A stretch of DNA of 64,000 nt from Acidobacteriota bacterium (lineage in GTDB: Bacteria; Acidobacteriota; UBA4820; DSQY01): assembly GCA_021787565.1 (NCBI GenBank), contig JAJYLT010000012.1, positions 28,166 through 92,165 of the forward strand. The letters are read 5' to 3'. The notes under the pieces are model-generated. The model made no database searches. It saw only the letters and a program-made list of their open reading frames with translations, and had not been told where the DNA came from. Position 1 is the first letter of the stretch. Each line of letters begins with the position of its first letter. Below, piece after piece: positions 25,501 to 35,283 of the stretch. A program made the position numbers and the translations under genes.

Positions 25501-25930
25501 GCCGTCCGAGAGGGCCGTGGCCGCCGCCCTGGCGGCCGAGGGGATCGGCCTCGCGCAAGCCTCCGCGCAGGCGCGGGAGGTGCTGGAGGAGGCCAGAAGC
25601 GCGTGGGAGCACGCCTCCTTCGCCGCTCTCCGAGAGGGTGCCCTCGCCCTGCGGCCCGAGGTGGGGCTGGAGGACCACGACGGGGCAGGGGGTCTGCGGG
25701 TGGGCAGGCTGGACCTGCTGATCGAGCGGACCGATGGGTTCATCGTCGTGGACTATAAGACGGGCCGGCCCGACGGCGCGGAAGAGGAGTGGCTGGAAGC
25801 CCAGAGGAAGCACTACGGTCCGCAGCTCCGGGCCTACGTCCAGATGGTCTCGCGGGCCTTCGGCGCAGAGGCCGCGACGGTTCGGGCTTTCCTCTATTTC
25901 ACCTCGTTTCCAAGGCTGGTAGAACCGTGA
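22550..25930 (+). CDS. addA: AddA-like UvrD-family helicase with C-terminal PD-(D/E)XK nuclease
   Basis: Walker A LEAPAGSGKTDLL and UvrD motifs (TFTRKAA, VDEAQD, VGDPKQSIFRFR). C-terminal nuclease GRLDLLIERTDGFIVVDYKTG. Confidence 0.75.
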   Translation: MSRPAPDREIRLKALDPRGSFVLEAPAGSGKTDLLTARFLALLGTVASPGQIVALTFTRKAADQMQQRILGVLERARRGAEPEHEWDAHLLDLARRALDNPGFAEGVLRNPQSYRVGTFHSFCSSVAGGWPLEAGVPPGASLLEELDQGRALEAAVESCFGAILSGGAPDLREAFERRLAAADNRYERLREQVTSLMAHRDRLLAFEEFLRSGGGDLGAAAGRVLSDLVALAIRPARAHFLDHEEQWRELRRALEACGAPCARDCPLEIPGEGLEAIPAWQALAGLVLKSDGGTYTSFAGAKFGAGFGKTAAAQFLKEIPAEAAEALATVRRWPPAGEDPVGLEALADLLALADSARRHLAARIPGAGLDYLELELAALRSLRWAEVPSESLIFYNEHLRHLLVDEAQDMNEVQVRILSRLTEGWEPGDGRSLFVVGDPKQSIFRFRRAEVSLFTGLQERGLAREGEASYPLVPLELTSNFRSEPALVGFCNALFEALWPEPGKDGEGVAFRASEPAREASYAGVGVRVRVALFTQGEEARPGAAPLPSAAEREAAYVAGRVSELYAAEPGATIGLLFPARPALGPFVSALNRLGVPVRLVEGESLAGRPEVRHLVNLFTALARPYDDVAWAGCLRSLWLWLSDAELLRLSSLGGFWSSKVLAQAEGETPSSPFGLAAREALAAFGREPYERTLARLWEDLGGPAAAAARYGAAGVANARAFLDLLATCSGRPAEEALSRLAELLDSAYTPPDPRAAFSPVSAMTVHKAKGLEFDHVFAVALGRDPLGGSRQEHPSFRMERVPLPGRPVLVAAGPDAGRGEPNLAYRLLEELDHRRQLDESLRLFYVAATRARRSLTLTGRAGITQKGLLSVRKKSSALGRLMAAVGGAEGALDEPWRSLGLSLETDPEPARGGAPAGRPRLPGESPPFEAQPLPYRISSPSALQEETAQAAPFGADDAADPNARPRGVVLHRLWERLALGASLPSERAVAAALAAEGIGLAQASAQAREVLEEARSAWEHASFAALREGALALRPEVGLEDHDGAGGLRVGRLDLLIERTDGFIVVDYKTGRPDGAEEEWLEAQRKHYGPQLRAYVQMVSRAFGAEAATVRAFLYFTSFPRLVEP

Positions 25931-26003
25931 GGGCCGGCGCCCCTTCGGGCCCGGGCGGTGCGGCGTGCGCCGCCAGCGACGGGGGCGCGTGGGAGGGAGT
26001 TCG

Positions 26004-27045
26004 GATGCGTGCTTGGACGGCAGTGACCCTTCTTATTCTCGCGTGGATTCCGGCGGCGGGAGGGACGGCCCTCTCTCCCTCGTACGCCGTGAGCGGCTGG
26101 TCTCTGGGAGACGAAGACTCCTTGAACCGCGCCGTGGGGTGCCGGGCCATCGACGAGGTGGACCTGGACTGGTTCTATTCTCGGAGAAACGGCACGGTCA
26201 TCCAGGGCTTCAACGATCCCGCCCTTGTGGCCGCTGCGAGGTCGGCCGGTCTCTCTCTCTTCGCCACGGTCAGCAACTGGAGCGACGCCAGAAACGATTT
26301 CGATCCCGCCGTTCCCAGAGCCATCCTGCAAACGCGCAAGAAAATGCGGCGCCACGCGGCGAACCTCGCGGCGCTCTGTGCCACCTTGGGCTACGACGGC
26401 ATCGACCTGGACTGGGAGTCGCTCAAGGCCAGGGAGCGGGACCGCTTCAGCGATTTCGTGGAGGAGCTCGCCGCCGACCTGCACGCCGAAGGGAAACGGC
26501 TGGCCATCGCCATTTCCGCCAAGACCTCGGAGCCGGGAGACTGGTCCGGAACCAAGGCCGAGGATTGGTTTCGCCTTGGGGCGGCGGTGGACGAGTTCAA
26601 GGTCATGACCTACGACTACAGTGGGCCCTGGTCTTCGCCGGGGCCCATCGCGCCGCCCGGCTGGATGGACGCGGTGCTGACCTTCGCCGAAAGCGAAGTG
26701 CCGCCGGACAAGATCATGATGGGGCTTCCCTTCTACGGCTACGACTGGTCGGGGGGCACGGCCGTGGGGCTGGACTGGGCCGACGCGCAGGTCCTCATCG
26801 CGCAGTACGCGCCGGCCGTCGCGAGGGACCCTTCCGGCGAGGCGACCTTCATCTACACCGACGCCATGGGCATCGTCCACACGGTGTTCTTTCAGGACGA
26901 GGTCTCCATCGCGGACAAGCTCGGGGTCATCACGGGAGACCATCCAGCCATCCGCGGCATCGCCATCTGGGTGCTGGAGCGGGAGGACCCGGGCTTCTGG
27001 GGAGTGATCGACGGCTTGCTGAGGCCGGGGGACTCCTGCCCGTAG
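26004..27045 (+). CDS. Glycoside hydrolase family 18 (chitinase-like) secreted protein
   Basis: Signal peptide MRAWTAVTLLILAWIPAAG. Catalytic DGIDLDWE motif and MTYDY motif. Confidence 0.7.
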
Positions 27046-27144
27046 GAGTCGCGGCGGCGGTCCGGGCTCCCCGCCCGATGCGATACACTGGCAAACGCCA
27101 GGCCATCGGACGGGCGGCCGGGCGATTCGTGGGAGGATGCTGCC

Positions 27145-27897
27145 ATGTTCAAGCTGGTGCTGCTGCGGCACGGCGAGAGCGCGTGGAACCGCGAGAACCG
27201 CTTCACGGGATGGACCGACGTGGACCTCACGAGCCAGGGGGTGGCGGAGGCCGTCGAGGCCGGCCGGCTCTTGAAGGCGGAGGGCCTGGGCTTCGACGAG
27301 TCGTTCACCTCCGTGCTCAAGCGCGCCATCCGCACGCTCTGGCTGGTTCTGGACGAGATGGATCTCATGTGGATTCCGGTGGTCCGCGACTGGCGCCTGA
27401 ACGAGCGGCACTACGGCGCCCTGCAGGGGTTGAACAAGAGGGAGATGGCCGAGCGGTTCGGCGAGGAGCAGGTGAAAATCTGGAGGCGGAGCTACGACGT
27501 GCGCCCCCCCGCCCTGGAGCCTTCCGACGAGAGGTCTCCCGGCAGGGACCCGCGCTATGCGGAGCTACCCCAGAGCCAGATACCCCTCACCGAATGCCTG
27601 AAGGACACCGTGGCGAGAGTCGTTCCCTGCTGGCAACAGCAGATCGCCCCCCGCGTGCGGGAGGGGAGAAGGGTCCTCGTGGTGGCCCACGGCAACAGCC
27701 TGAGGGCGCTCGTCAAACACCTGGACGGCATCAGCGACGAGGCCATCGTGAGCCTCAACATCCCCACCGGCATGCCCTTGGTTTACGAGCTCGACGACGC
27801 CCTGGTTCCCCAGCGGCGCTACTACCTGGGAGACCCGGAGAAGGTCCGCCAAGCCACCGAGGCCGTCGCCAGTCAGGGCAAGGCGAAGAGGGACTGA
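27145..27897 (+). CDS. gpmA: 2,3-bisphosphoglycerate-dependent phosphoglycerate mutase
   Basis: [25 protein letters not shown] and RSYDVRPP hallmark motifs. Confidence 0.9.
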   Translation: MFKLVLLRHGESAWNRENRFTGWTDVDLTSQGVAEAVEAGRLLKAEGLGFDESFTSVLKRAIRTLWLVLDEMDLMWIPVVRDWRLNERHYGALQGLNKREMAERFGEEQVKIWRRSYDVRPPALEPSDERSPGRDPRYAELPQSQIPLTECLKDTVARVVPCWQQQIAPRVREGRRVLVVAHGNSLRALVKHLDGISDEAIVSLNIPTGMPLVYELDDALVPQRRYYLGDPEKVRQATEAVASQGKAKRD

Positions 27898-28006
27898 CGC
27901 GCCGCCCCGATCAGGCAAGATCATTCCTCAACTCAGGTCATCCGAAACTCTCGGCGATTCGTCTCATTATGCCTTTTCCCGCGCGCCGTGTGAATCGGTG
28001 ATCGAT

Positions 28007-28158
28007 CCCCAAATTCCGCGATGGAATCGCACTCGTAGGAGCGCCGCCCCCGGCGCGACGGACCGGACGCGGGCACCGCATTCTGGTCGCAGGGTCACCC
28101 GGTTCGCGGCGAGGCGCCGCTCCTACGCAGGCGTTGAGCCGCTATCGCGGAATTGGGG
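28007..28158 (+). repeat. 150-bp REPIN-like element copy 3
   Basis: See 2405-2556. Lies between gpmA and the otsA-otsB fusion. Confidence 0.7.
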
Positions 28159-28473
28159 CGATCCATCGCTGCCGGCGATTTCCACCGTTGCGGTGGAAAG
28201 GGCGGTGGAAAATACTGTGAATTCTCCGGCAACATCCTGCAAAGCGAGGGGATGGCCGAACTTGCACTCTCATTCAGCGCCCCCGGGGCTCGGACTCGCC
28301 AGGGCCGGCGGCGAAGGGACGCGCCTTCATCCTGTGCCTCCAGTCGTGGGATACTGCCTGGAACAGAGCCATCGCGGGCTGAATGGATGCATGAAGGCCT
28401 GGGGCCGCCGCCAGAGATGGGGTGGGCCCGCGGGGCCGCCGGCGGAGGGAGTGGGCGCAAAGGAGGCGCGACG

Positions 28474-30648
28474 ATGGGGCGGCTGCTGATTGTATCCAAT
28501 CGGCTCCCCGTGACCGTCAAGGTCGAGGAGGGGGAGTTCCGGATCACGCCCTCGGCTGGGGGCCTGGCCACGGGGATGCGGGGGCTCCACGAGGGCTCCG
28601 ACTCCCTCTGGGTCGGCTGGCCGGGCGAGCTTCCCCGGCTCAGCGAGGCCCGCCGCGAGGAGTTGGAGCAGAGACTCGCCGAGTTCCGGACCGCCCCCGT
28701 CTACCTGAGCCAGACGGAGGTCAACCGCTACTACGAGGGCTTCGCGAACGGTGTCCTCTGGCCCCTCTTCCACTACCTCACGGACCGGGTGCGCAGCGAT
28801 GCCTGGAAAGATTGGCAGACGTACTCCGAGGTGAACGAGCGGTTCGCCCAACGGGTAGCCGCCGAGTACCGGCCGGGAGACACGGTATGGGTGCACGACT
28901 ACCAGCTCTGCCTGGTGCCGGTCCTGCTCCGACAGCTCGTGCCCGAGGCCCGCATAGGCTTCTTCCTCCACATCCCTTTCCCCTCGTCTGACGTGTTCCG
29001 CATCGTGCCTTGGCGGACGGAGATCCTGGAGGGCATTCTGGGCAGCGACCTGGTGGGCTTCCATACCTACCCCTACCTGCGCCACTTCAGCCGCTCCCTC
29101 AACCTCTTGCTGGGGGTGGAACCCGACGGCGAAAGGCTCGTGTACGCCAACCGGGAGGTGCGCCTCGGCGTGTTTCCCATGGGAATCGACGCGACCAGGT
29201 TCTCGGCCCTTGCCGAGAGCGCCGAGGTAGCGGCCGAGGTCCAGTCCATCCGGGAGGAGCTGGGAAAGCGCAAGCTCCTGCTCGGCGTGGACCGCCTGGA
29301 CTACACCAAGGGGCTCCCCGAACGCATGCTGGCGATGGAGCGGCTCCTGGAGCGGGAACCCTCCTGGAGGGGCAGGATCCGCTTCATCCAGGTGGTCGTG
29401 CCCTCCAGGACCAAGGTGGAATCCTACAAGGCCTTCCGCCGCAACCTCGACGAGCTCGTGGGCAGGGTCAACGGACGATACGCCACCATCGATTCGGTGC
29501 CGATCCACTACCTCTACCAGTCCGTTTCGGAGCATCAACTGGTGGCGCTCTACCGCGCGGCGGACGTCATGCTCGTGACGCCCCTGCGGGATGGCATGAA
29601 CCTGGTCGCCAAGGAGTTCGTGGCTTCGCGGTCGGACGGAGACGGCGTTCTGGTCCTGAGCGAGTTCGCCGGGGCCGCCGCCGAGCTCGCCGAGGCCCTC
29701 CAGGTCAATCCCTACGACGCGGACGCGGCGGCCATGGCCATCCACCGGGCTCTGACCATGCCCAGGGAGGAGCGCAGGACGCGGATGGAGGCGCTCCAGA
29801 GGCGGGTCTTCACCTACGACGCCTACCGGTGGGCGGACACCTTCTGGAAAAGGCTCCAGGAGCCTCCCGCCGCCGAGGTGGACAGGATGCTCTCTCCCGC
29901 CGGCCCCATGCAGGAACTGGCAGCCCGCCTGCGCGCGGCGAAACACCTGGTGCTCATCCTGGACTACGACGGGACCCTCGCGCCCTACGCCAGCTCGCCC
30001 CAGCTCGCCGAACCCGACGAGGAGCTCAAGCGCCTCCTCAAGGCCCTCAGCTCCCGCCCCGGCACCTCGGTCCACGTCGTGAGCGGACGCTCCCGCGAGC
30101 TCATGAGCCGGTGGTTTGGCCGGTTGCCGTTGGGGCTCCACGCGGAGCACGGGTTCTGGTCCAGGCCCCAGTTGGGGGGAGAGTGGAGGCCCCTGAAGGT
30201 GCGCGCGCTCGAGTGGAAACGCCGGATCCTTCCGCTGATTGAACTGGTGGCGGCACGGACACCAGGGTCACTGATCGAAGAGAAGACGGCGGCCATCACC
30301 TGGTACTACAGGATGGCCGATCCGGAGTTGGGGGCCCGGCGGTTCGAGGAGCTCAGGCGCCTCCTGGAGAAGGAGGTCAGCGGTCTGCCCCTGGAGGTAA
30401 TGACCGGCCCCAAGTCCCTGGAGATCCGCGTGCGCGGCGTCCATAAGGGGGCAATCCTGGACCGCCTCGGCGCCAAACGGGGGATCACGCTGCTGGCCAT
30501 GGGGGACGACGCGACCGACGAGGACCTCTTTGGGGCGCTCCCCGCGGGCGGTACCGCGGTGCACGTGGGCAGAGGGCCGAGCAGTGCGGCCTACCGGGTG
30601 GCCGACCCCGCCGCCGCGCGGCGCTTTCTCGCATCCCTCCTGGCGTGA
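28474..30648 (+). CDS. otsAB: Bifunctional trehalose-6-phosphate synthase / trehalose-phosphatase (GT20 + HAD)
   Basis: GT20 N-terminus [13 protein letters not shown]...SAGGLATG...WVGWPG. C-terminal [27 protein letters not shown]. Confidence 0.8.
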   Translation: MGRLLIVSNRLPVTVKVEEGEFRITPSAGGLATGMRGLHEGSDSLWVGWPGELPRLSEARREELEQRLAEFRTAPVYLSQTEVNRYYEGFANGVLWPLFHYLTDRVRSDAWKDWQTYSEVNERFAQRVAAEYRPGDTVWVHDYQLCLVPVLLRQLVPEARIGFFLHIPFPSSDVFRIVPWRTEILEGILGSDLVGFHTYPYLRHFSRSLNLLLGVEPDGERLVYANREVRLGVFPMGIDATRFSALAESAEVAAEVQSIREELGKRKLLLGVDRLDYTKGLPERMLAMERLLEREPSWRGRIRFIQVVVPSRTKVESYKAFRRNLDELVGRVNGRYATIDSVPIHYLYQSVSEHQLVALYRAADVMLVTPLRDGMNLVAKEFVASRSDGDGVLVLSEFAGAAAELAEALQVNPYDADAAAMAIHRALTMPREERRTRMEALQRRVFTYDAYRWADTFWKRLQEPPAAEVDRMLSPAGPMQELAARLRAAKHLVLILDYDGTLAPYASSPQLAEPDEELKRLLKALSSRPGTSVHVVSGRSRELMSRWFGRLPLGLHAEHGFWSRPQLGGEWRPLKVRALEWKRRILPLIELVAARTPGSLIEEKTAAITWYYRMADPELGARRFEELRRLLEKEVSGLPLEVMTGPKSLEIRVRGVHKGAILDRLGAKRGITLLAMGDDATDEDLFGALPAGGTAVHVGRGPSSAAYRVADPAAARRFLASLLA

Positions 30649-30983
30649 GGATGGATAACAGATCATGCCTGTCCAAGGTAGAAAACGATGCCGGCTCCGA
30701 ACCCCGGCTGGGCCTAGGCCGCGCCTGTGGCGCGGCGCTGGGGGCCTGGTCCGGGCGCGTCCACGCGAGCGTGGCCGCGCTCCGTCCGCAGTCCCTCAGC
30801 CGTCCTTCGGGCGCCAGGCCCAGCCTTTGCTGGAGTACACCGCCCCCCCACTCTCCACGGGTGCGCCGGCGGCGACGGACCTCCTGCTTCGTCAGCCTTC
30901 ATCGCCCACATCCTCAGCGTACATTGAGTACGCTTGCGGTGTGGTCGCCTCGGCTTCCTTGCATGAGGCCCATCGGCGCCGGA

Positions 30984-31018
30984 ACGCGCCTTCCTCCGCT
31001 TCGCTCCGGAAGGCAAAC
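30984..31018 (+). repeat. 35-bp conserved hairpin module ACGCGCCTTCCTCCGCTTCGCTCCGGAAGGCAAAC (copy 1; terminator-like)
   Basis: Identical at 35061-35095. Both copies are followed by GATGATGGATGA, a T-tract and CTCAC repeats. Confidence 0.7.
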
Positions 31019-31100
31019 CGCGCGAATGCAACCTGAAATGGTCTTGGGCAGCCATGATGATGGATGAGGGATGACGGATGAGGGACCGTCGCAGCCTTTT

Positions 31101-31149
31101 TCTTCTCACTTCTCACTTCTTACTTCTCACTTCTTACTTCTCACTCCTC
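31101..31149. repeat. Heptanucleotide tandem repeat (TTCTCAC/TTCTTAC)n
   Basis: About 7 tandem units read directly from sequence. Confidence 0.8.
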
Positions 31150-31462
31150 CTTTGCCCACCACCTGCCGGCAATTCGCATCGCGGCGCCGGAGGCACCCCT
31201 AGGCACTGGATTTTCCTCCAGATTGTGTTATAACTATCCAAGGCCATGGGTGCCGAAGGATGTCTGTGGATGAAGCTTAGTAGGGCGAGTGGATCACCGG
31301 CTCCCGTGCCTTTGGAGGCACGCCCCGATTCGTCCAACGATTCATACGGTGCGGAAATTGTGCGGCGCCCCCCGCGGGTGCGGGGATGGGTGAAGCCGTG
31401 TTCGGCTTCGGCCGGCTCGGGACGGTCCGGCCGGAGAGAGCGGGTTTGAAAAGGGAGGTGTT

Positions 31463-32020
31463 ATGTCCGTCCGGCTGTTTGTAGGGAACCTCTCCTACGA
31501 TGCGACTGAAGAGGAATTGAAGGCGCTGTTCGCCGCCGCGGGTCCCGTGGCCCACGTCCATCTTCCCAAGGACAGGGAAACGGGGAGACCGAGGGGCTTC
31601 GCCTTCGTGGAGTTCCTCGAGAAGTCGCAGGCGGAGGAGGCCATCCGGCGCTTCAACAACCAGGATTTCAAGGGCCGGCCCATGGTGGTCAACGAGGCCA
31701 GGGCCAGGGAGGCGGGCGCGGCTCCGCGCCCGTACTCGCCCAGACCGTTCTCCCCCCGTCCCTCGTCGCCGCGCCCCGACTGGAGCCCGGCTCCCGCGGG
31801 CGAGGAGGAGGAGGGGAAGCCGCGCGGGATCCGCAGGACCTTCGGCGGAGCGGAGAATGGCCCTCACAAGAAGAAGCGCTACGATAAGGGCGAACGGGTT
31901 CCCAAGGGGCCCATCCGGGAACGCCACAGCGGTCGTCTATACGACATCGAGGACGCCGGGGATGACGTCGAGTGGGAAGGCGACGATATCGCCAGGCGCG
32001 CGGACGACGAGGAGGAGTAG
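31463..32020 (+). CDS. RNA-binding protein with RRM domain and disordered R/P/D-E-rich tail
   Basis: RNP2 LFVGNLSY and RNP1 RGFAFVEF. Confidence 0.8.
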   Translation: MSVRLFVGNLSYDATEEELKALFAAAGPVAHVHLPKDRETGRPRGFAFVEFLEKSQAEEAIRRFNNQDFKGRPMVVNEARAREAGAAPRPYSPRPFSPRPSSPRPDWSPAPAGEEEEGKPRGIRRTFGGAENGPHKKKRYDKGERVPKGPIRERHSGRLYDIEDAGDDVEWEGDDIARRADDEEE

Positions 32021-32024
32021 GACC

Positions 32025-32378
32025 TCACTCGTCCTCGTCCCCCTCCTCCGGCTGGAGGAGGAAATCCTCGATGAGCTCGATCAGGGCATCCAGCCGTTGG
32101 ATTCTCTTGGGGTCCGTCGCGCGGTTGGCCTGCACGGACAGGTAGCCGGCGATCTCCTCCCAGTCCTCTTCGGAGAAGGCGACCAGCAGCTTCCCGCCGC
32201 GGACCGCGACGGCCCTTAGCTCCTCGGCGATTCCCAACTCGTCCCCGGCCTCCCTCAGGAGCGTGTCGCGCTCGCGGGGCGTCAACTCCATCTCGAGCTT
32301 CGGAGACTCCTGGGGCACTTCGGTCTCGTCCACGGCTTTCGCACCTCCCGACCCGCCCCGGGTGGCGCCCCGAGGCAT
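32025..32378 (-). CDS. Hypothetical acidic protein
   Basis: 117-aa ORF with plausible composition. No recognised domain. Confidence 0.3.
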   Translation of the reverse strand: MPRGATRGGSGGAKAVDETEVPQESPKLEMELTPRERDTLLREAGDELGIAEELRAVAVRGGKLLVAFSEEDWEEIAGYLSVQANRATDPKRIQRLDALIELIEDFLLQPEEGDEDE

Positions 32379-32606
32379 TCCGGTGCCATCTTATCTCCGG
32401 GAAGAAGTGGCCGTCCAGAATTCGCGCCGGACTTCCGTCGCGCTGTATAGCGCAGGGATCCGGATTGTCGAGTACCTCCCCGCGGTCCCGCCCAGCAGGG
32501 TATGTGGACAGCCGAAGCTTCAGGCTGAACTTCGAGATCGGCTGTTTCACTCACAGCGAGACGCAAGACGGGACGAGAGACTTCAGACGCCAAGGTGCTT
32601 TTCTTT

Positions 32607-32676
32607 CCTAGTCCCCTAGTCCCCTAGTCACCTAGTCACCTAGTCACCTAGTCCCCCAATCCCCCAATCACCCCAC
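32607..32676. repeat. Octa/heptanucleotide tandem repeats (CCTAGTCM)n then (CCCCAAT)n
   Basis: Direct reading. CCCCAAT matches the cyanobacterial STRR1 unit. Confidence 0.8.
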
Positions 32677-32757
32677 CACGAAATTCCCCTTCCGCCTTCC
32701 CTCTGTTATCCTATCGCGCGGCTCGCGTGGGCGGGCCGCCCTCTGGGAGCCGACGCC

Positions 32758-35034
32758 ATGAGCATGCCGCACGCCGAGAAGATCGCCGCCGAGCTTTCCC
32801 TGGCCCTCACCCAAGTGGCCGCGACGGCCGAACTTCTGGCCAGCGGGGCTACCGTGCCCTTCATCGCGCGCTACCGCAAGGAGGCCACCGGCTCGCTCGA
32901 CGAGGTGGCCGTCGCCGCCGTACGCGACCGGCTGGAGCAGCTCCAGGCCCTGGAATCGCGCCGCGCCGCCATCCTGGGCTCCCTCGAGGAACGCGGCCTC
33001 CTCTCGCCCGAGCTGGAGGGCGCCCTGCGCGGGGCCCAGACCCTGGCCCTCCTCGAGGACCTCTACATGCCTTACCGGCCCAAGCGTCGCACCAGAGCCA
33101 CCGTGGCCCGGGAGCGGGGCCTCGAACCTCTGGCCATCAGGCTGTGGGCCCAGGACCCCGAGGACCCCTTCGACCCGCTGGAGGCCGCCCTTCCCTTCGT
33201 GGATGCGGAGAAGGACCTCGCCTCGCCGGAGGAGGTCCTCGCGGGGGCCCGGGACATCCTGGCGGAGATGGCCAGCGAAGACGCGGAGGCCCGGGGGCGC
33301 ATGCGGGAGCTCTTCCTCCGCGCGGCCCGCTTCACGGCGAAGATGGTGGCAGGGAAGGAGACCGAGGGGGCCAAGTACCGCGACTACTTCGACTGGAACG
33401 AGCCCGCGGCCGCGGCGCCGTCCCACCGGGTCCTGGCCATGCGCCGCGGGGAGAAGGAGGGCTTCCTCACGCTCAAGGCCGCCCCCCCGGAGGGGGATGC
33501 GGTGGCGCTCCTGGAGGGGCTTTTTCTGAGGGGGGGCGGACCCGTTACCGAGCAGGTGAGGCTCGCCCTGGGGGACGGCTACAAGCGCCTCCTCGGTCCC
33601 TCCATGGAAACGGAGCTGAGGCTGGAGACCAAGCGCCGCGCGGACGAAGCGGCCATCCGCGTCTTCGCCGAGAACCTGCGGGTCCTCCTGCTGGCCGCCC
33701 CGCTGGGACGCAAGGCCGTTTTGGGCGTGGACCCGGGCCTGAGGACGGGCTGCAAGCTGGCCTTCCTGGACCCGCAGGGCAAGCTCCTCCACCACGACGT
33801 GGTCCACCTCACGGGCTCGGATCGGCAGGCCGGGGAGGCGAAGGAGAAGCTCCTCTCGCTCGTGGGTCGGTTCGGTACCGAGGCGGTGGCGGTGGGCAAC
33901 GGCACGGGAGGCCGCGAGGCGGAGACCTTCCTCCGCGGGATCGGCCTGCCTCCCGCCGTGACCGTGGTGATGGTCAACGAGAGCGGTGCCTCCATCTACT
34001 CGGCCTCGGAGGTGGCGCGGGAGGAATTCCCCGACCAGGATCTCACGGTGCGCGGGGCGGTCTCCATCGGCCGGCGGCTTCAGGACCCGCTCGCGGAGCT
34101 GGTGAAGATCGATCCCAAGTCCATCGGTGTGGGCCAGTACCAGCACGACGTGGACCAGGCTGGGCTCAAGCGCGCGCTGGACGACGTCGTGGCCTCCTGC
34201 GTCAACCGCGTGGGGGTGGAGGTGAACACCGCCAGCCGGCAGCTCCTCGCCTACGCGTCGGGGATGGGGCCGCAGCTCGCGGCCCGCATCGTCGAATATC
34301 GCGAGGCCCGCGGCCCTTTCCGGAACCGGCGGGAGCTGCTGCAGGTCCCCCGGCTCGGCCCGAAAGCCTTCGAGCAGGCGGCGGGCTTCCTGCGGATCCG
34401 CGACGGGGAGGAGCCGCTGGACGCCAGCGCGGTGCACCCCGAGCGCTACACAGTGGTGGAGGCCATGGCTCGGGACCTGGGCAGCTCCGTGGCCGACCTG
34501 CTGCGAAAGCCCGAGCTTCGGGCCCGCATCGAGCCGCGGCGCTACGTCACCGCCGAAGTCGGGCTTCCCACGCTGACCGACATCCTCGCAGAGCTGGAGA
34601 AGCCGGGGCGGGACCCCCGCGAGCGCTTCGAGCCCTTCGCCTTCGCGGAGGGGATCGAAAAGCTCGAGGACCTGCGCCCAGGCATGCGTCTTCCGGGAAT
34701 CGTAACCAACGTCACCGCCTTCGGCGCCTTCGTGGACGTGGGGGTGCATCAGGACGGGCTGGTGCACGTGAGCCAGCTATCCGACCATTACGTCAAGGAC
34801 CCTTCCACCGTGGTCAAGGCGGGCCAGCGGGTAATGGTCAGCGTCCTGGAGGTGGACCTCCAGCGCCGGCGCATCGGGCTCTCCATGAAGGGGGCCACGG
34901 AGTCCAAGCGCCAGGATTCCCCCTCCGAGAGCCGGCCGGCGCCGCGCGAAGGGGGCACGCGGAGGGACCGCTCCTCCAAGCCGCCCCGATCCAACTGGTT
35001 CACCGACGCGATGGAAAGGGGCCGCCGCCAGTAA
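32758..35034 (+). CDS. tex: Transcription accessory protein Tex (YqgF/HhH/S1 domains)
   Basis: ATVPFIARYRKEATGSLDEV at the N-terminus. S1 domain GMRLPGIVTNVTAFGAFVDVGVHQDGLVHVSQLSD. Confidence 0.9.
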   Translation: MSMPHAEKIAAELSLALTQVAATAELLASGATVPFIARYRKEATGSLDEVAVAAVRDRLEQLQALESRRAAILGSLEERGLLSPELEGALRGAQTLALLEDLYMPYRPKRRTRATVARERGLEPLAIRLWAQDPEDPFDPLEAALPFVDAEKDLASPEEVLAGARDILAEMASEDAEARGRMRELFLRAARFTAKMVAGKETEGAKYRDYFDWNEPAAAAPSHRVLAMRRGEKEGFLTLKAAPPEGDAVALLEGLFLRGGGPVTEQVRLALGDGYKRLLGPSMETELRLETKRRADEAAIRVFAENLRVLLLAAPLGRKAVLGVDPGLRTGCKLAFLDPQGKLLHHDVVHLTGSDRQAGEAKEKLLSLVGRFGTEAVAVGNGTGGREAETFLRGIGLPPAVTVVMVNESGASIYSASEVAREEFPDQDLTVRGAVSIGRRLQDPLAELVKIDPKSIGVGQYQHDVDQAGLKRALDDVVASCVNRVGVEVNTASRQLLAYASGMGPQLAARIVEYREARGPFRNRRELLQVPRLGPKAFEQAAGFLRIRDGEEPLDASAVHPERYTVVEAMARDLGSSVADLLRKPELRARIEPRRYVTAEVGLPTLTDILAELEKPGRDPRERFEPFAFAEGIEKLEDLRPGMRLPGIVTNVTAFGAFVDVGVHQDGLVHVSQLSDHYVKDPSTVVKAGQRVMVSVLEVDLQRRRIGLSMKGATESKRQDSPSESRPAPREGGTRRDRSSKPPRSNWFTDAMERGRRQ

Positions 35035-35060
35035 GCGCCCCCGTGCACCACAGCGCCAGG

Positions 35061-35095
35061 ACGCGCCTTCCTCCGCTTCGCTCCGGAAGGCAAAC
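35061..35095 (+). repeat. 35-bp conserved hairpin module (copy 2), 27 bp after the tex stop
   Basis: See 30984-31018. Confidence 0.7.
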
Positions 35096-35171
35096 GGCTC
35101 AGGAGAGGGCAGGAAGCAGGATGGCGGCCGTGATGATGGATGAATGATGATGGATGATGGAAGAGTTTTTT

Positions 35172-35238
35172 CTCCTCACTCCTCACTCCTCACTCCTCAC
35201 TCCTCACTCTTCTCCTTCTCCTTCACCTTCACCCTCCC
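35172..35238. repeat. Heptanucleotide tandem repeat (CTCACTC)n
   Basis: Direct reading. Confidence 0.8.
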
Positions 35239-35283
35239 AACGCCCATTGTGGTTCGGGCCCCGTGCGAGGATACTGAAGAGAA

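Noticed and set aside
30645-31067. 140-aa ORF in the otsAB-RRM spacer
   Set aside because: Spans the conserved hairpin module and repeats, with a low-complexity Arg/Pro translation. It is treated as noncoding.
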